Shown here in pieces: positions 13,175-26,380 of a DNA stretch of 64,000 nt (its first letter is position 1; each line of letters starts with the position of its first letter). Below the pieces are notes generated by a model. That model was not told the DNA's origin. It ran no database searches and saw nothing but the letters and a program-made list of their open reading frames with translations. The DNA lies in the NCBI RefSeq assembly GCF_006345805.1, contig NC_043008.1:36146001-36210000 (forward strand). The letters are read 5' to 3'. Both the position numbers and the translations under genes were made by a program. The stretch is from Octopus sinensis (taxonomy: Eukaryota).

Positions 13175-13510
13175 TGGATTGTGGCTATGTGGTCAAGAAG
13201 TTTGCTTCCCAACCACATGGTTTTGGGTTCAGTTCTCCTGTATGGCACCTTGGACAAATCTCTTCTTCTAGAGTCCTGGACCAATCAAAGGCTTATGAGT
13301 GGATTTGGTAGATGGTAAATGAAAGAAGCCCATTGTATGCACACACACACAACACACACACACACACACCACACACACACACACACACACACTCACACCT
13401 GTTTGACAACCGGTGTTGGTTTGTTTATGTTCCTGTAACTTAGCAGGCTGGTAAAACGGAAATGATACAATAAGTACCAAGCTTAACAAAGAAACATGAT
13501 TACTGGAGTC
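13175..13510 (+). mobile_element. CORE-like SINE, diverged
   Basis: Head, CORE-like block, internal (CA)n and partial tail. Confidence 0.7.
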
Positions 13511-13516
13511 AATTTC

Positions 13517-13689
13517 ATCATCATCATCATCGTTTAACATCCGTTTTCCATGCTAGCATGGGTTGACGGTTCGGCCGGGGTATGGGAAGCTAGGAGGCTG
13601 CACTAGGCTCCAGTCTGATCTGGCAGTGTTTCTACTGCTGGATGCCCTTCCTTACGCCAACCACTCCATGAGTGTAGTGGGTGCCTTTT
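13517..13689 (-). mobile_element. RTE-type 3' tail fragment
   Basis: Near-identical to 30628-30800; (CAT)n on the plus strand. Confidence 0.8.
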
Positions 13690-13849
13690 AGTTAAAGTGG
13701 TACTCCAGCATGGCCACAGTCTAATAACTGGAACAAGTAAAAAATAACAGATGGAAATTGAAATATGTGCTTTCGTGAAGCAAGGAATTAGCACAGGCCT
13801 CGTTAGTAGTTAATGATAGACCATTAAAGGCTAGCAAGAATTAGTTCCT

Positions 13850-13938
13850 TCAGATAATTTCCATGATGCCAAATAACCAACTCAACTGCTCGCTTGCTTC
13901 TCTGTTAATAAACCCTGCAATGATCTGACTGTAATATA
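13850..13938 (-). CDS. Weak candidate terminal exon, xYYSQIIAGFINREASEQLSWLFGIMEII*
   Basis: Pyrimidine-rich acceptor ttccatttcacacactccag|; 28 codons to TGA; no polyA signal seen nearby. Confidence 0.2.
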
Positions 13939-14239
13939 CTGGAGTGTGTGAAATGGAATCAAGAGAAAATACATCTCCTTTAAATAATATTGGCTTTGAG
14001 CCGATTCCAATCAATATTTTTATATGACCATGTTAAGATGAAGTTCTATTTACAAATATTTCACGATAAAAATATAGAATTTGTATATTGATTAATAAGA
14101 TCAAGCTATAGTTTATCATTGATTGATGACCGACAGGCAAATATTTATGTCTCCGTCTAAATTGTCTCCAAGATATGGGCAAAAATAAAATAAATAAAAA
14201 TTCTGATGAAATTTAAAACTATATGTATTTAATATTACA

Positions 14240-14369
14240 ATATTAATAATAATAATAATAATAACAATAACCATAATAATAATAATAATAATAATGATGA
14301 TGATAAAAAAAAAAATAATAATAATAATAATAACAATAATAATAATGATAATTAATAATAATGATGATG

Positions 14370-14414
<45 letters not shown>

Positions 14415-14870
14415 GTTATCGCCATTATCATCACTGTTGCCACCACTACCATCACAGCCACCACCACAACTGTCACCACAGCCATCACCACAAGCACCAC
14501 TAATGCTACTACTGCCACAACCACCACCACAACCACAACCCTCACCACCACCACCACCACCAACCACCACCACCACCACCACCACCACCACCACCACCAC
14601 CACCACCACCACCACTACCACCACCACCGATACCACCACAACCACTGCCCCCACAATTGCTACCACTGTTGCTACCACCACTACTACAGTCACCATTGCC
14701 ACCCCACCCTACCTTCCATACCCCCTCCTCCACCACCGCCGCGATCACTGTCATTATCATCACTGCCGCCATTGCTGTCATCGATGTTGTTATCATTGGC
14801 ATCAGCAGCATCACTATCATCATCACCATTGTCGTCGTTGTGATTGTTAATGGGTCTGCAATACAGCATA
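14240..14870. repeat. Compound (AAT)n/(CAC)n/(CAT)n trinucleotide tract
   Basis: Directly visible. Confidence 0.95.
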
Positions 14871-15714
14871 GCATCAGTTATCTCGATCTTTCATCATCTG
14901 ATGAGAGAAGCCAAGCATTAAGAGATCTGACTTAGCCACTTCATCCCACATACTCACACCTTCCTTGGTCTTCCAGTTCCATCTTTACTCTTCACCAACC
15001 CAACAAAACACACAACTTATCATTCCAGCATTCAATCTCTATCATATCACAAGCCCATACCAATGCAGTTATCTGTCTGTGAAAACACACACACACACAC
15101 ACACACACATCATATCATCATCATCATCATCATCGTCACCATCATTTTACATCCATTCTTCCATGGTAGGACGAGTTGGATGGTTCAACCACAATATAGT
15201 GATTCAGAGGCTCACATCATACTCCAACATCTCATTTTGGTCATGGTTTCTAAGGTTGGATGCCCTTCCTAACACCAATCACTTTATGGAGTACACTGCA
15301 TGCATTTTCCATGGCACCAACACTGCAGAGGTTTCCTTGCCATCAGAAAGACTAAAAAGCTCCTGATAACACAAAAAGTAAAATGGATAAATAGTCCATC
15401 ACTTTCAACAATGAATATTCAGCTCTTTGATCAACTGAACTCACAACACATTGTATAAGAGTACACCTGGCTGAGTAAAGTATTCCTCAAACACATATAT
15501 CATTTATGTAATCCTTAATAGAATCAGTTTGACACAGTGTGTGAGAAGGCTGGTTCTTTGTGGTTAATATCTATCAAAAAGGCTTCTTCACAGTTTCCAT
15601 CTACCCATTGAGGCTATGGTAGAAAGTACTCACTCAAGATGTCATACATCAGTGTTAAACATGAAGCCTCGTGATTGTGAAGAAAACCTTCTTAGCCATT
15701 CTGTACTTTTTTCT

Positions 15715-16117
15715 TTTTTTACTTGTTTCAGTCATTTGACTGCGGCCATGCTGGAGCACCGCCTTTAGTCGAGCAAATCGACCCCGGGACTTATTCTTTG
15801 TAAGCCCAGTACTTATTCTATCGGTCTCTTTTTGCCGAACCGCTAAGTGACGGGGACGTAAACACACCAGCATCGGTTGTCAAGCAATGCTAGGGGGACA
15901 AACACAGACACACAAACACATACACACATACATGTATATATATACATATATACGACAGGCTTCTTTCAGTTTTCGTCTACCAAATCCACTCACAAGGTAT
16001 TGGTTGGCCCAGGGCTATAGCAGAAGACACTTGCCCAAGGTGCCACGCAGTGGGACTGAACCCGGGACCATGTGGTTGGTTAGCAAGCTACTTACCACAC
16101 AGCCACTCCTGCGCCTA
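15715..16117 (-). mobile_element. CORE-like SINE, full length, young
   Basis: Head aggcgcaggagtggctgtgtggt (A box), ggttcagtccc (B box), CORE-like gcaccttgggcaagtgtctt, tail aaacaagtaaa; CpGs retained. Confidence 0.9.
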
Positions 16118-16129
16118 TGATTGTTTATT

Positions 16130-16232
16130 TTCAGAATGACATTATAGAATTGAAGTAGAAAGCTGGATCTGGACAGTTAAAACACGTAGACTATTCGGGT
16201 TGGATGTGGTCAGTTTAAATGCTAAAGGGTTA
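16130..16232 (+). mobile_element. piggyBac-type MITE, 3' half
   Basis: Ends atgctaaaggg|ttaa. Confidence 0.65.
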
Positions 16233-17715
16233 AAGTGTTCTATCCTTTGCTCATCTTCCCTAACCAAAAAGTGTCTGAGGAATATTCAACCATGAAGACA
16301 TTAATTCAATGGGAAGTGGGCTGAGGGAAGGTGGCTCAGTTGATTGAACAACTGAGCAGTCAGCAAGGAGACTGACAGTGATCCATTTACTAGTTAGTAT
16401 TACTTGTGTATGGTTAGTAGGTTAGTAGTGTGGTTATAAATGTAGCAGTGTGTTGCTAGCAGCTGGCTTGGGAGAGGCTGATGGTCACTTAGCTTTAAAG
16501 TGGTCTCTCAAAGTCACTCATTGTTTTATGACAAGGAGTGTTGAGTGTGGAAAGTACAAATGTGTATATGCTTGTACATGTGTGTGTGTGTGCGTGTGTG
16601 TGTGTGCATGTGTGTGTGTGTATGTGTGTGTGTGTTTGTGTGGGTGTGTGTGTGTGGGTGTGCGTATGCGTGTGTGCATGTTTGCGTGTGTGTATGTGTG
16701 TAAGTGTGTATGTGGTATACATGCGCTTACATATACAGAGGTGTGTTGTGTGAATGTATGTATGTATGTATGTATGTATGTATTCATTAATGTATGACTT
16801 CTCTCTCGCTCTCTCTCTTTCTCTCTCTCTCCACACACACACATTTACATATACACACATATCTACTCGCACATATATTTACACACCTACATACATTTAC
16901 ATATATATATGTACACACGCAAACATACATACATATCTATATACACATACATGTGTATCTGCATACACATACATGTGTATCTGTATACACATACATGTGT
17001 ATCTGTATACACATACATGTGTATATGCATACACATATATATCCACAAATACATACATATATATGTATACATACATATCTATAAATACATACATATACAT
17101 GCGTAAGACAGCCAGACAAATTCAAACATCCATGCATATATGCATGCATGCACATATATACGTGTATAGATTCATATATACATAAGTACATACAAATGCA
17201 CATGCATACACATACAAGTATACATATGCTTATGTATGCATACAAAAATACATTCATACATATGTATCTACATACATTTACATATATATGCACATTCATG
17301 TATATGTCCATACATACATGCACACAGATATACATACACACATATACTTACATATGTACATACATACATACATACATACATACATACATACTACACATAT
17401 ACATACAAGCAAAAATAACCCATTGATGTTGTTGAAATTCCAATGAAGGTGCCTTGGATCTAGGTTAGGAACTGACTCTCTCTTTATTGGCAAGAAATCT
17501 TGAAATAAAATTGAATAAGGATATACATACATACAGACAGCCATACATACATATATACAGACATAAATACATATATACAGACAGACGACATACATACATA
17601 GCATACATACATAGCATACATACATAACATACATATCTATTCATCTTTCTCTCTCATATGCATAGATATTCAGTTGGGAAATATGGACAATAACGCCATA
17701 ATTAAATAATGAATG

Positions 17716-17776
<61 letters not shown>

Positions 17777-18210
17777 AGGGACGACAACAATGATGATAAT
17801 TATAATGTCATCAACCCAATGACAATGATAGTATAGGCAGCAGTAACAGCAATAACGATGACGACAACAATGATAATGATGATGATGATGATGATGATGT
17901 TGACGACGAAGTATATGATTATACACAAGCACATGCAAATGAAGATACGCTTTACTACATACTCCTACCTAACTCCCCCACTTGTTTACGACATCTCATC
18001 TGGATGGTCATCTCCATCTAAATTACATAACACATCACATATCCTACCGTTTGGCTTGCACATTGCTATGGAGACCAATATCCAGTGCACACTTGCACTG
18101 GCAAATATTATATGCTGTACATATATATTTGCCCCATTTTTTAAATATTATACTTAATAAATTCTCTTAAGGCATTAAAATGACAGATTTATTAAAGTAT
18201 CAGAGAAAAT

Positions 18211-18639
18211 AGGCGCAGGAGTGGCTGTGTGGTAAGTAGCTTGCTAACCAACCACATGGTTCTGGGTTCAGTCCCACTGTGTGGCATCTTGGGCAAGTGT
18301 CTTCTGCTATAGCCCTGGGCCGACCAAAGCCTAGTGAGTGGATTTGGTAGACGGAAACTGAAAGAAGCCTGTCGTATATATGTATATATATATATATATA
18401 TATGTGTGTATGTGTGTGTGTTTGTGTGTCTGTGTTTGTCCCCCTAGCATTGCTTGACAACCGATGCGGGTGTGTTTACGTCCTCGTAACTTAGTGGTTC
18501 GGCAAAAAAGGCCGATAGAATAAGTACTGGGCTTACAAAGAATAAGTCCCGGGGTCGATTTGCTCGACTAAAGGCGGTGCTCCAGCATGGCCGCAGTCAA
18601 ATGTCTGAAACAAGTAAAAGAGTAAAGAGTAAAGAGTAA
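18211..18639 (+). mobile_element. CORE-like SINE, full length, young
   Basis: As 15715; tail (agtaaag)n. Confidence 0.9.
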
Positions 18640-18957
18640 TATCAGGCAGAATTTCTTCAGAATCTTTGCACTCTAAGTTCAAGTCTTATTGAGATCCACT
18701 TTGCTCCTGGGGTTGACAAGTAAAATATCATTCTAGGGAGGGTGGATTGGCAGAGCTGTCAGAGCCTAGAATGAAATGCATCATACTACCTATTCTGAGT
18801 CATCGTATTCTGAGTTCAAAATTCATCTCTTACTATTAGACTCATCCTTATAACAAGAATTGGGCCGTTTTGAGATTTAGCTGATGGTGATAAACCTCTT
18901 ATGTTAGATGGGGAAATTCGTTTATTGGAACAATATCTCAGCTGTATTAATATAAAG

Positions 18958-19255
18958 CAGTGGTTCCCAAAGTGGGTGGTATTACTCGTGTGCGGGGCAG
19001 TAGAAAGATCCAGTAGGGTGCTGAAGAAATGTGGGAGCAATAATGGGGTGGCCAAATGAGGGCAATGGATGTACAAACAACTAAATAATGGGTTAATTAG
19101 GTTGAGTTTTACTTGTGAAATATGGTTGTTTTGAATTTGCTGCAGAAAGTGGTCTAAGTTTGTAGTCGTGAGTTAGGGGGTAATGGTGCTAGAAATGCAG
19201 CCTGAGTGCCAAGTGGGGCAGGGGGCTGCCGCCCCCGAAAGTTTGGGAACCACTG
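18958..19255. mobile_element. hAT (Charlie-like) MITE, 298 bp
   Basis: TIRs cagtggttcccaaa / tttgggaaccactg; degenerate 8-bp TSD atataaag / ttgtaaag. Confidence 0.8.
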
Positions 19256-19387
19256 TTGTAAAGAGTGCATACCATGCATAGAGGTGATATAAACACCAGG
19301 ACAAAGATGTACATTCTTTAATTAAGAATATGACTGACCGGATTGTTGATGCATCAGTGAAGTACATGCTTTTGCATTATATATGTA

Positions 19388-19530
19388 ACATCATCATCAT
19401 CATCATCATTTAATGTCTGCTGTCCATGCTGCATGGGTTGGACAGTTTGGCCAGGGCTGGTAAGCTGAGGGGCTGCACCAGACTCCAGTCTGATTTGGCA
19501 TGGTTTCAATGGCTGGTTGCCCTTCCTAAC
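19388..19530 (-). mobile_element. RTE-type 3' tail fragment
   Basis: Homologous to 13517-13689. Confidence 0.7.
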
Positions 19531-19750
19531 CTTTAAGCTTTTAAACTGGCCATATCTTGGTCATAATTTTCAACCTGTTTTATCTTCAAAGCAGCCAGAT
19601 CTGGCCTCACATACCTATCCTACAATGCCATTTTAAGAATTAAAAAAAAATCTCATTTCAAAATCTCAAAGCGCTGAGATGCATGATTAATTGAAAACAA
19701 TGTGAATAAATAAACATTACATTTGACAGAGTAATCTAAACACTAAAGGG
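19531..19750 (-). mobile_element. piggyBac-type MITE
   Basis: Ends ctaaaggg|ttaa; reverse complement of the 9663 family. Confidence 0.7.
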
Positions 19751-19840
19751 TTAAGGTGTGTTAGATCATTCTCCTTGTATCAATTATATTCACTGGCTGG
19801 GCCCTCAAGAGAAATATGGCAGAACAGAAAGATATTGTTT

Positions 19841-20078
19841 AGGGGTGACAAGCTGGCAGAAACGTTAGCATGCTGGGGAAAATGCTTAGTGGTATTTCGT
19901 CTGCTGCTACATTCTGAGTTCAAATTCCACCGAGGTCGACTTTGCCTTTCATCATTTCGGGGTCGATTCAATAAGTACCAGTTATGCACTGGGGTCAATA
20001 TAATCGACTTAGTCCCTTTGTCTGTCCTTGTTTGTCCCCTCTGTGTGTAGCCCCTTATGGGCAGTAAAGAAATAAGAA
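19841..20078 (+). mobile_element. Meta-domain-like SINE, near full length, young
   Basis: tRNA-like head, gtcgactttgcctttcatcatttcggggtcgat..agtaccag domain and tail gtaaagaaataa. The domain name is from recall. Confidence 0.85.
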
Positions 20079-20099
20079 AGATATTGCTTTGGGGAATTA

Positions 20100-20360
20100 A
20101 GGTGGTGATGGTGGGGGCCTTCTTAAAATCCAAAGGGTTGAGTTTTTTTACCCACTTTAATTGAAGGACCTGGCAGATTGCCACAACCCCTTTCTTGAAT
20201 CTTTAGACTCCAGAGACCAAGATCCCACTGAAACCCTGTCTTATAGGCAGATTTTTTGTGGCTGTCTAGCTCTTCCTGTAGATAATCCTCAGTCATTTCC
20301 AAAAAAAGGTAATATTTCCCTAAGTCCTTTGAACATAGAGAGCCCATTGGCTGGACATAT
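20100..20360 (-). mobile_element. Possible heavily decayed RTE RT N-terminal fragment
   Basis: Faint EELD..KK / ICQV...W.K..NP..FKK similarity only. Confidence 0.3.
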
Positions 20361-21271
20361 TTTCATGAAGATTGCAAACAAACAACACTGAATGTAGGAT
20401 GGTGAACATTAAATCACAAGTGACAATTAACATAGGACAAGGGGACATGAACACGCACGCGCGCACACACACACACACACACATACACACACACACTCAC
20501 ACAAACATACACACACATGCACACATACAAGCACACATACATGCATACACATACACATGCACACAGATAACACACACACACACATACAATGAGGTTCTTT
20601 ATCATTTTATGTCTATCAGATCCATGCACAAGGCTTTGATCATCCTAGGGCTAAAGTAGAAAACACTTGCTCAAGTTACTGTGCAGTGTGAATGAACTCT
20701 GAACCACATGGTTCAGAAGTAATCTTCTAACTATGCAGCCAAGTCGGTGCCCTGTTTATATATGTTATAAAGAAATACAAGCAACCAATTTAATTGTATT
20801 TACAATGAATTGCTTTTCATAATTTATTGAACATTATGAGGAGGTGGATACAGAAATAAAATATTTTATTATATTGAAGTCATTGTGTATTATGAGAAAC
20901 AAGTTAAATAAAGCTAAAGTTTCATAATAGAGGGTTTAGGAATGCTGGAATATTTTCTGGCTGTGAGAAAAGGTGGAACATCAGTAGTAATAAGTTTTGC
21001 TAATGAAACAAAAGCTCTTTAGATAATAACAAGTGGGAGGTTTTTTACTATCTATTTTGGTTGGTGACAGACACCATACAACAAACGAATGTTCTGCAAC
21101 ACACAAATAGACAAAAAAAACAGTTTACGAAATCATAAATAAATTTGTGTGACCTATGGCTCTTCCATGTTTTCATAAATGCTCCTATTTCTATGTTGTT
21201 GCATAAATTTATAGACATACATTATATTGTTGTATTATTTTAAATGTTATTGATTACATCTTGTAGTTAGT

Positions 21272-21575
21272 GGAGGCACATGGCCTAGTGGTCAGAGCAA
21301 CGGACTCGCGGTCAAGGGATTACAGGTACAAATCTCAGACCGGGCGATGTGTGTTTATGAACGAAACACCTAAGCTCCGCACGACTCCGACAGAAAGGTA
21401 ATGGCGAACTTCTGTTGACTCTTTCACCACAACTTTCTCTCACTCTTTCCTCCTGCATCTTACAGCTCACCTGCAACGGACCGACATCCCGTCCAGGCGG
21501 GGAACCTATATGCCAAGGAAAGCAGGAAACTGGCCCTTATGAGCCAGGTGTAGCTCGAGAAGGAACAAACAAACA
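21272..21575 (+). mobile_element. Third tRNA-derived SINE family (Arg-tRNA-like head)
   Basis: ggaggcacatggcctagtggtcagagc..cggactcgcgg head; shares its first ~190 bp with 63810-64000. Confidence 0.75.
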
Positions 21576-21889
21576 TCTTGTAGTTCCAGAGATTTGGTTG
21601 TTTAAAGTGTGACATTGGAATTTCTTTCACTATGTCTCTCCGAGTTCACTCCATGGTTAAGGTTGTTAAAAGTATAACAATCAAACACACGATGATGAAC
21701 AGAATAATATTGTATACTACAGCTTCAGGTGGACCAAAAACAAAAAATCATGCAAACAGACTTGATAAATAGAGACTGAAAGAAGTCTTTTGAAGTTCTT
21801 TTGAGATTGGTAAGATTGATGCTATTAATATTTGGTTTAAAGTGTTAAAAGTCAACATCTAAAAGAAAGATATAAAAATGAAGGAGATT

Positions 21890-22300
21890 CTAGAAGGCCA
21901 ATGTTCTGCAGATGAAGAATTTAGCGAAGTGGTTAATGCAGGTTGGTGGGAGGAAATTGGATGCACTAAGAGGATTGAAAGTTGAAGAAATGAGTAGGCC
22001 AGGGGTGCCTCAGTTGTGGAGGTATTAGACTGGCCAGCTGTGAGAAGCAGAGGCCACTATAGGAGTAATTAAGAAAAAAGAAACCAAAAGAGAAAACATC
22101 ATGTCAGAGGCTGGAATGCATCTGTTAGCAATGAAGTGCCAGTCAGTCAAGTGGCCCTTCTCTGAATATAATCCAAGATATCAGTGTACACAATAGCTGT
22201 AGTGTCATTATATGTAAAAGCGGTACTCTTTTGTGAAGTTCAGTTTAGCCTTGTAGAATATCAGAAATTTGTTAAGGGCTGAAATATCTTCTGGCCCTAA
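21890..22300 (-). mobile_element. CR1/Jockey-group LINE RT C-terminal fragment
   Basis: FYKAKL..LDYIQRRAT..FQPL..LCFSQLASLIPP..FFICRT motifs across frameshifts. Confidence 0.6.
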
Positions 22301-22379
22301 AGAGAAGGACAAGTTATCTGACAGGAATTTGTCTGCCACACCACATTTGATTAGATCAGTTCAGTCATGATGGTAATGA

Positions 22380-22790
22380 TGATGCTGTTGGTTTTGCTGT
22401 GAGAAGGTGCTTGTCTTCTGACCCTGAAGAAGAACGCCGAGCATGATGTACTCTATCTTGCACTGTGCAATTGTAAGTTTGCACATCATGGTGTTGTTTA
22501 GTGCCCACATCTTGATGCTCTATATCATCACAGGCATGAAGTACACACGGAAGACCTTATGTTTGATCATCAAGAAAAACAAACACAGATGTGCTGGTCA
22601 CATTGTATGATCTAAGAACAACAAGTAATTGATATGAGAAGTAGCTTGGATATCAAGAGAATGGAACAGACTATAGGGTACCCCAAAAGTGAGATTATGG
22701 AATGACCTCACTCACTGCCTGGAGCTCTCATGGCTAGAGATAGCTGTCTGAAGACAATTCAGGAAGGGTTTTCTTTTTCAGGATTGATAC
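22380..22790 (+). mobile_element. RTE-like LINE RT C-terminal fragment, very decayed
   Basis: AGHIV..., P..R.W.DL, W.ARD remnants. Confidence 0.5.
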
Positions 22791-22903
22791 TAGCCCTGGA
22801 ACAGAAGAGTTCAATCTTTGGTCATATTCAAGTATAATATAATCAGAAATATTAAATTTCTAAATATCTCATAGAGATATGTACGGTGGCGGGGCAATAT
22901 AAT

Positions 22904-23164
22904 GGTTGTATACTGTCAATTTAACATGACAGTAGGGGATTACACCACCGCTGTTTAGCCCTAGGAAGCATCGACGCTTCCTGTCGGCTTCGACACATTT
23001 CCACGAAGGGGAGACAAAAGCTGTTGGGGGTATTTGTCTCCCCTTTGTAAATATATAAGGACACAGGAAATGTGTTGAAGCTGACAGGAAGTGTCGATGC
23101 TTCCTAGGGCTAAACAGCGGTGGAGTAATCCCCTACTGTCATGTTAAATTGACAGTATACAACC
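22904..23164. repeat. Fold-back element: 99-bp inverted arms (22904-23002 / 23066-23164) plus an inner ~13-bp stem
   Basis: Arms aligned by hand, few mismatches. Confidence 0.92.
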
Positions 23165-23925
23165 AAGTATAATATAATTTATCATAAAGTATAAGTGCAA
23201 TGCACTTGAAAATTAATTCATAAATTCAAAAATTCAGTTCTTTACCATGTTGCTGAACTCCAGTATTTTATTACTTCAATGCGACAGCAGGTATTAAATG
23301 GCACAGAGCTTAAAACTGGCTAAAATGTATGCTTAGAACAAAATATTTAGAAGAATAGAAAATAAATAATCTCCATAACATTTCATTTGTTCTGCTCTAC
23401 ACAAGCAAATACAATCAACTAGATAATAATTACAAAAATGAACTGTAGTCATGAAATTAATTACTTATATGTCATGTAGAGTTCATTTCATAAGGAACAC
23501 TTTTGAAAAATTTCAATAATATTACTCATGAATTCCATAAGACATTCAATCAATTACTTTTTGCAATTATTATATAGTCGATAGTGTTTGCATGTGTGTT
23601 ATAGAAACAGCTGTAGGGCAGCACAAATGAAATATTTAAAATATCATGGAGATCATTCGTTTTCTGTTCTTTTATACGCATTTAAATATATCTGAATACC
23701 TAAGAATGGACAAAAGTATTAACTGAAATGATCAAATTCAACTGGTTGAAAAATTGTAAACTGAGGCCGACAAATTCATGACAGATGAGATTTCCTTGTC
23801 TGGAAAATGTAAAATGCTTATATTACAACAATAACTGAATGTCTCAAGTATACAGATAAAATTAATAAACAATCTCTGATTTTACAGATACCTGAGATGA
23901 TGAGGGAAACACTCAGTAACAGTTG

Positions 23926-23959
<34 letters not shown>

Positions 23960-24801
23960 TATTGTCATCATCATTGGTGTTGTCATAGTCATCATCATCA
24001 TCATCATCATCATCGTCATCATCATCATTGACGTCATCTTCATCATCATCATCATCATCACGATCGTCATTATCACCGTGATCTTAATGTGAAATGTAAA
24101 GTTAGGTGGATGAACACAATATGGGTAATGAATAGAGGAGAGTGGCGGACCACATGCAAAACAATCTGGACCACTCCTCCCACATCCCCACCATTCTGCA
24201 TATGCCCCTATGCTCCCCTACATCCCCTCACATTTCCCCACAATACTCTATCTCCTCTCACTTCCCCATACCCCACATCCCTAACTCCCAAATATTCCCC
24301 TACCTCCAAAACTCCTCCCCATCCGATTGAGAAGCATACTTATAGGCCAACCATCACATTATATTTACCATTATGATTCTCCATCTCTGCTACAATTAAG
24401 GTTGGGTTCCTCTTTCCTAATGACATTTTCTTTGAACTACATTATCTTTAAACAGACAACATTTTACTTTTGTTTTGATTCTTTCAGCTCTGGTGGCATT
24501 TTAACACAAATATTATTATACATGGTAACGAATGGTAAATTCTTGGAAAAATTCTTCATTGCAAATACCCACCTATTCACTTTCTCACTCCTTCTTTAGG
24601 TACATGAGAGAGAATAAATATATATGTGTATATATATTTCATATATACATGTATACATACATACATACATACATATATATATATGCATACATACACACAA
24701 AGATATATGTATATACAAATGTATGTATGTATGTATGTTATGTATGTATGTATGTATGTATGTATGTATGTATGTATGTATGTATGTATCTCTCTCTCTC
24801 T

Positions 24802-24844
<43 letters not shown>

Positions 24845-25799
24845 TACATATAATAATACAAACTCAATTATATAAAAGTTTGTGTTTACAAACTAGAGGG
24901 AGAAAAACGGTACTCAATGCAAGAAATAGAATTTCCAGCTTTGTTTTGAAGCTAAATTGTGAAACTAGGAATTGTAATTATTGTGAAATTTTAACTTCAA
25001 AATAATAACCCCACCACACACATATTTAATATTTTCCCCCTTATTTTTCACTTTCTCTTTTTCCATCATTCCTCCTCTCTCTCCCTTCCTCTTTTCCTCT
25101 CTCTCTCTCCCCCCTCTCTCTCATGTTATACTCTTTTTCTTTTTCTCTTTTTTTCTCTTCCTAAATCTCTTTTAGTATCTCAGCATCTCTAATCATTAAC
25201 CATTTCCTCTTGCTCTTTCTCTCTTTCTGTTGTATTTTCCGACAATTTCTCTTATGTCTCTTAGAACTCACCATAACGAACTTTGAATGTCGAATGAAAA
25301 TATAAAAATATAATTAAAAAAATAAAAGCTTTTTTAAATAAACAAAACAAAACAAAATAATATTCAATTCTCAAAATTCTACAAGAGTTCTTTTACTGCT
25401 AAATTTTGAAAATTCTGATAGAATAAATATTCCAATCGTGCGAGGTGTGGAGGTAAGGAGGTAGGGTGACTAGGAGAAAAAATTAAAAAAAATTTAACGG
25501 TCTGTAATTTTGGAATGATTGAAAGTGGAATTATTAATGGTTTGTAATTATGACTGTTTACGACTGTCACTCTCCCATTTGATGAGAAGATAACTAGCAA
25601 GCAACAATCAGGCAACCATAGAGTATTCGGCGCTACATCAATGCTTCTTTAACTAAGACAATAGAGATGTTGTGTGAGATATGCTGCTTGATTACGGTAG
25701 TTCCAGAGTTCTGCATTGTTGACATTATATAAAATGTTCATTCTGGTTTCTCTGTGGTTTAGTACATATTTAAAATATTATTTCTTTAAAAGTTCTTTC

Positions 25800-25965
25800 T
25801 AATTTTTGACACAAGGCCTGCAATTTCGAGGCAAATGGGGAAGTTGATTTATATTGACCCCGGGGCCAAACTGATACTTATTTTATTGACTCTGGAAGGA
25901 AGAAAGATAAAGCCAGCCTTGGCAGCATTTGAACTCAGGCCATAAAACTGGAAGAAATGCTGTTA
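25800..25965 (-). mobile_element. Meta-domain-like SINE, old
   Basis: cacaaggcctgcaatttc..attgacccc..gatacttattttattgac. Confidence 0.55.
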
Positions 25966-25967
25966 AG

Positions 25968-26380
25968 CAGGAGTGGCTATGTGGCAGATGCAGGAGTGGC
26001 TGTGTGGTAAGTAGCTTGCTTACCAACCACATGGTTCTGGGTTCAGTCCCACTGCATGGCACCTTGGGCAAGTGTCCTCTACTACAGCCTCGGGCCGACC
26101 AAAGCTTTGTGAGTGGATTTGGTAGACGGAAGCTGAAAGAAGCCTGTTATATATATGTATATATATATGTGTGTGTGTTTGTGTGTCTGTTTGTCCCCTC
26201 AAGATCACTTGACAACTGATGCTGGTGTGTTTGTGTCCCCGTAACTTAGCGGTTCGGCAAAAGAGACTGATAGAATAAGTACTAGGCTTACAAAGAATAA
26301 GTCCTGGGGTCGATTTGCTCAACTAAAGGCGGTGCTCCAGCATGGCCACAGTCAAATGACTGAAACAAGTAAAAGAGTAA
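25968..26380 (+). mobile_element. CORE-like SINE, full length, with a duplicated head
   Basis: gcaggagtggct(a/g)tgtgg occurs twice at the 5' end. Confidence 0.88.

Noticed and set aside
21272-21345. tRNA gene (also 63810 and the other SINE heads)
   Set aside because: A/B boxes are present but the cloverleaf is degenerate and continues into a SINE body.
23700-23799. Minus-strand exon-like segment with a good acceptor and ag|gtattc donor
   Set aside because: Stop codons in all three frames; it could only be UTR, and nothing supports that.
25968-26010. Duplicated SINE head as a novel promoter arrangement
   Set aside because: A simple ~23-bp local duplication or re-priming; nothing suggests function.
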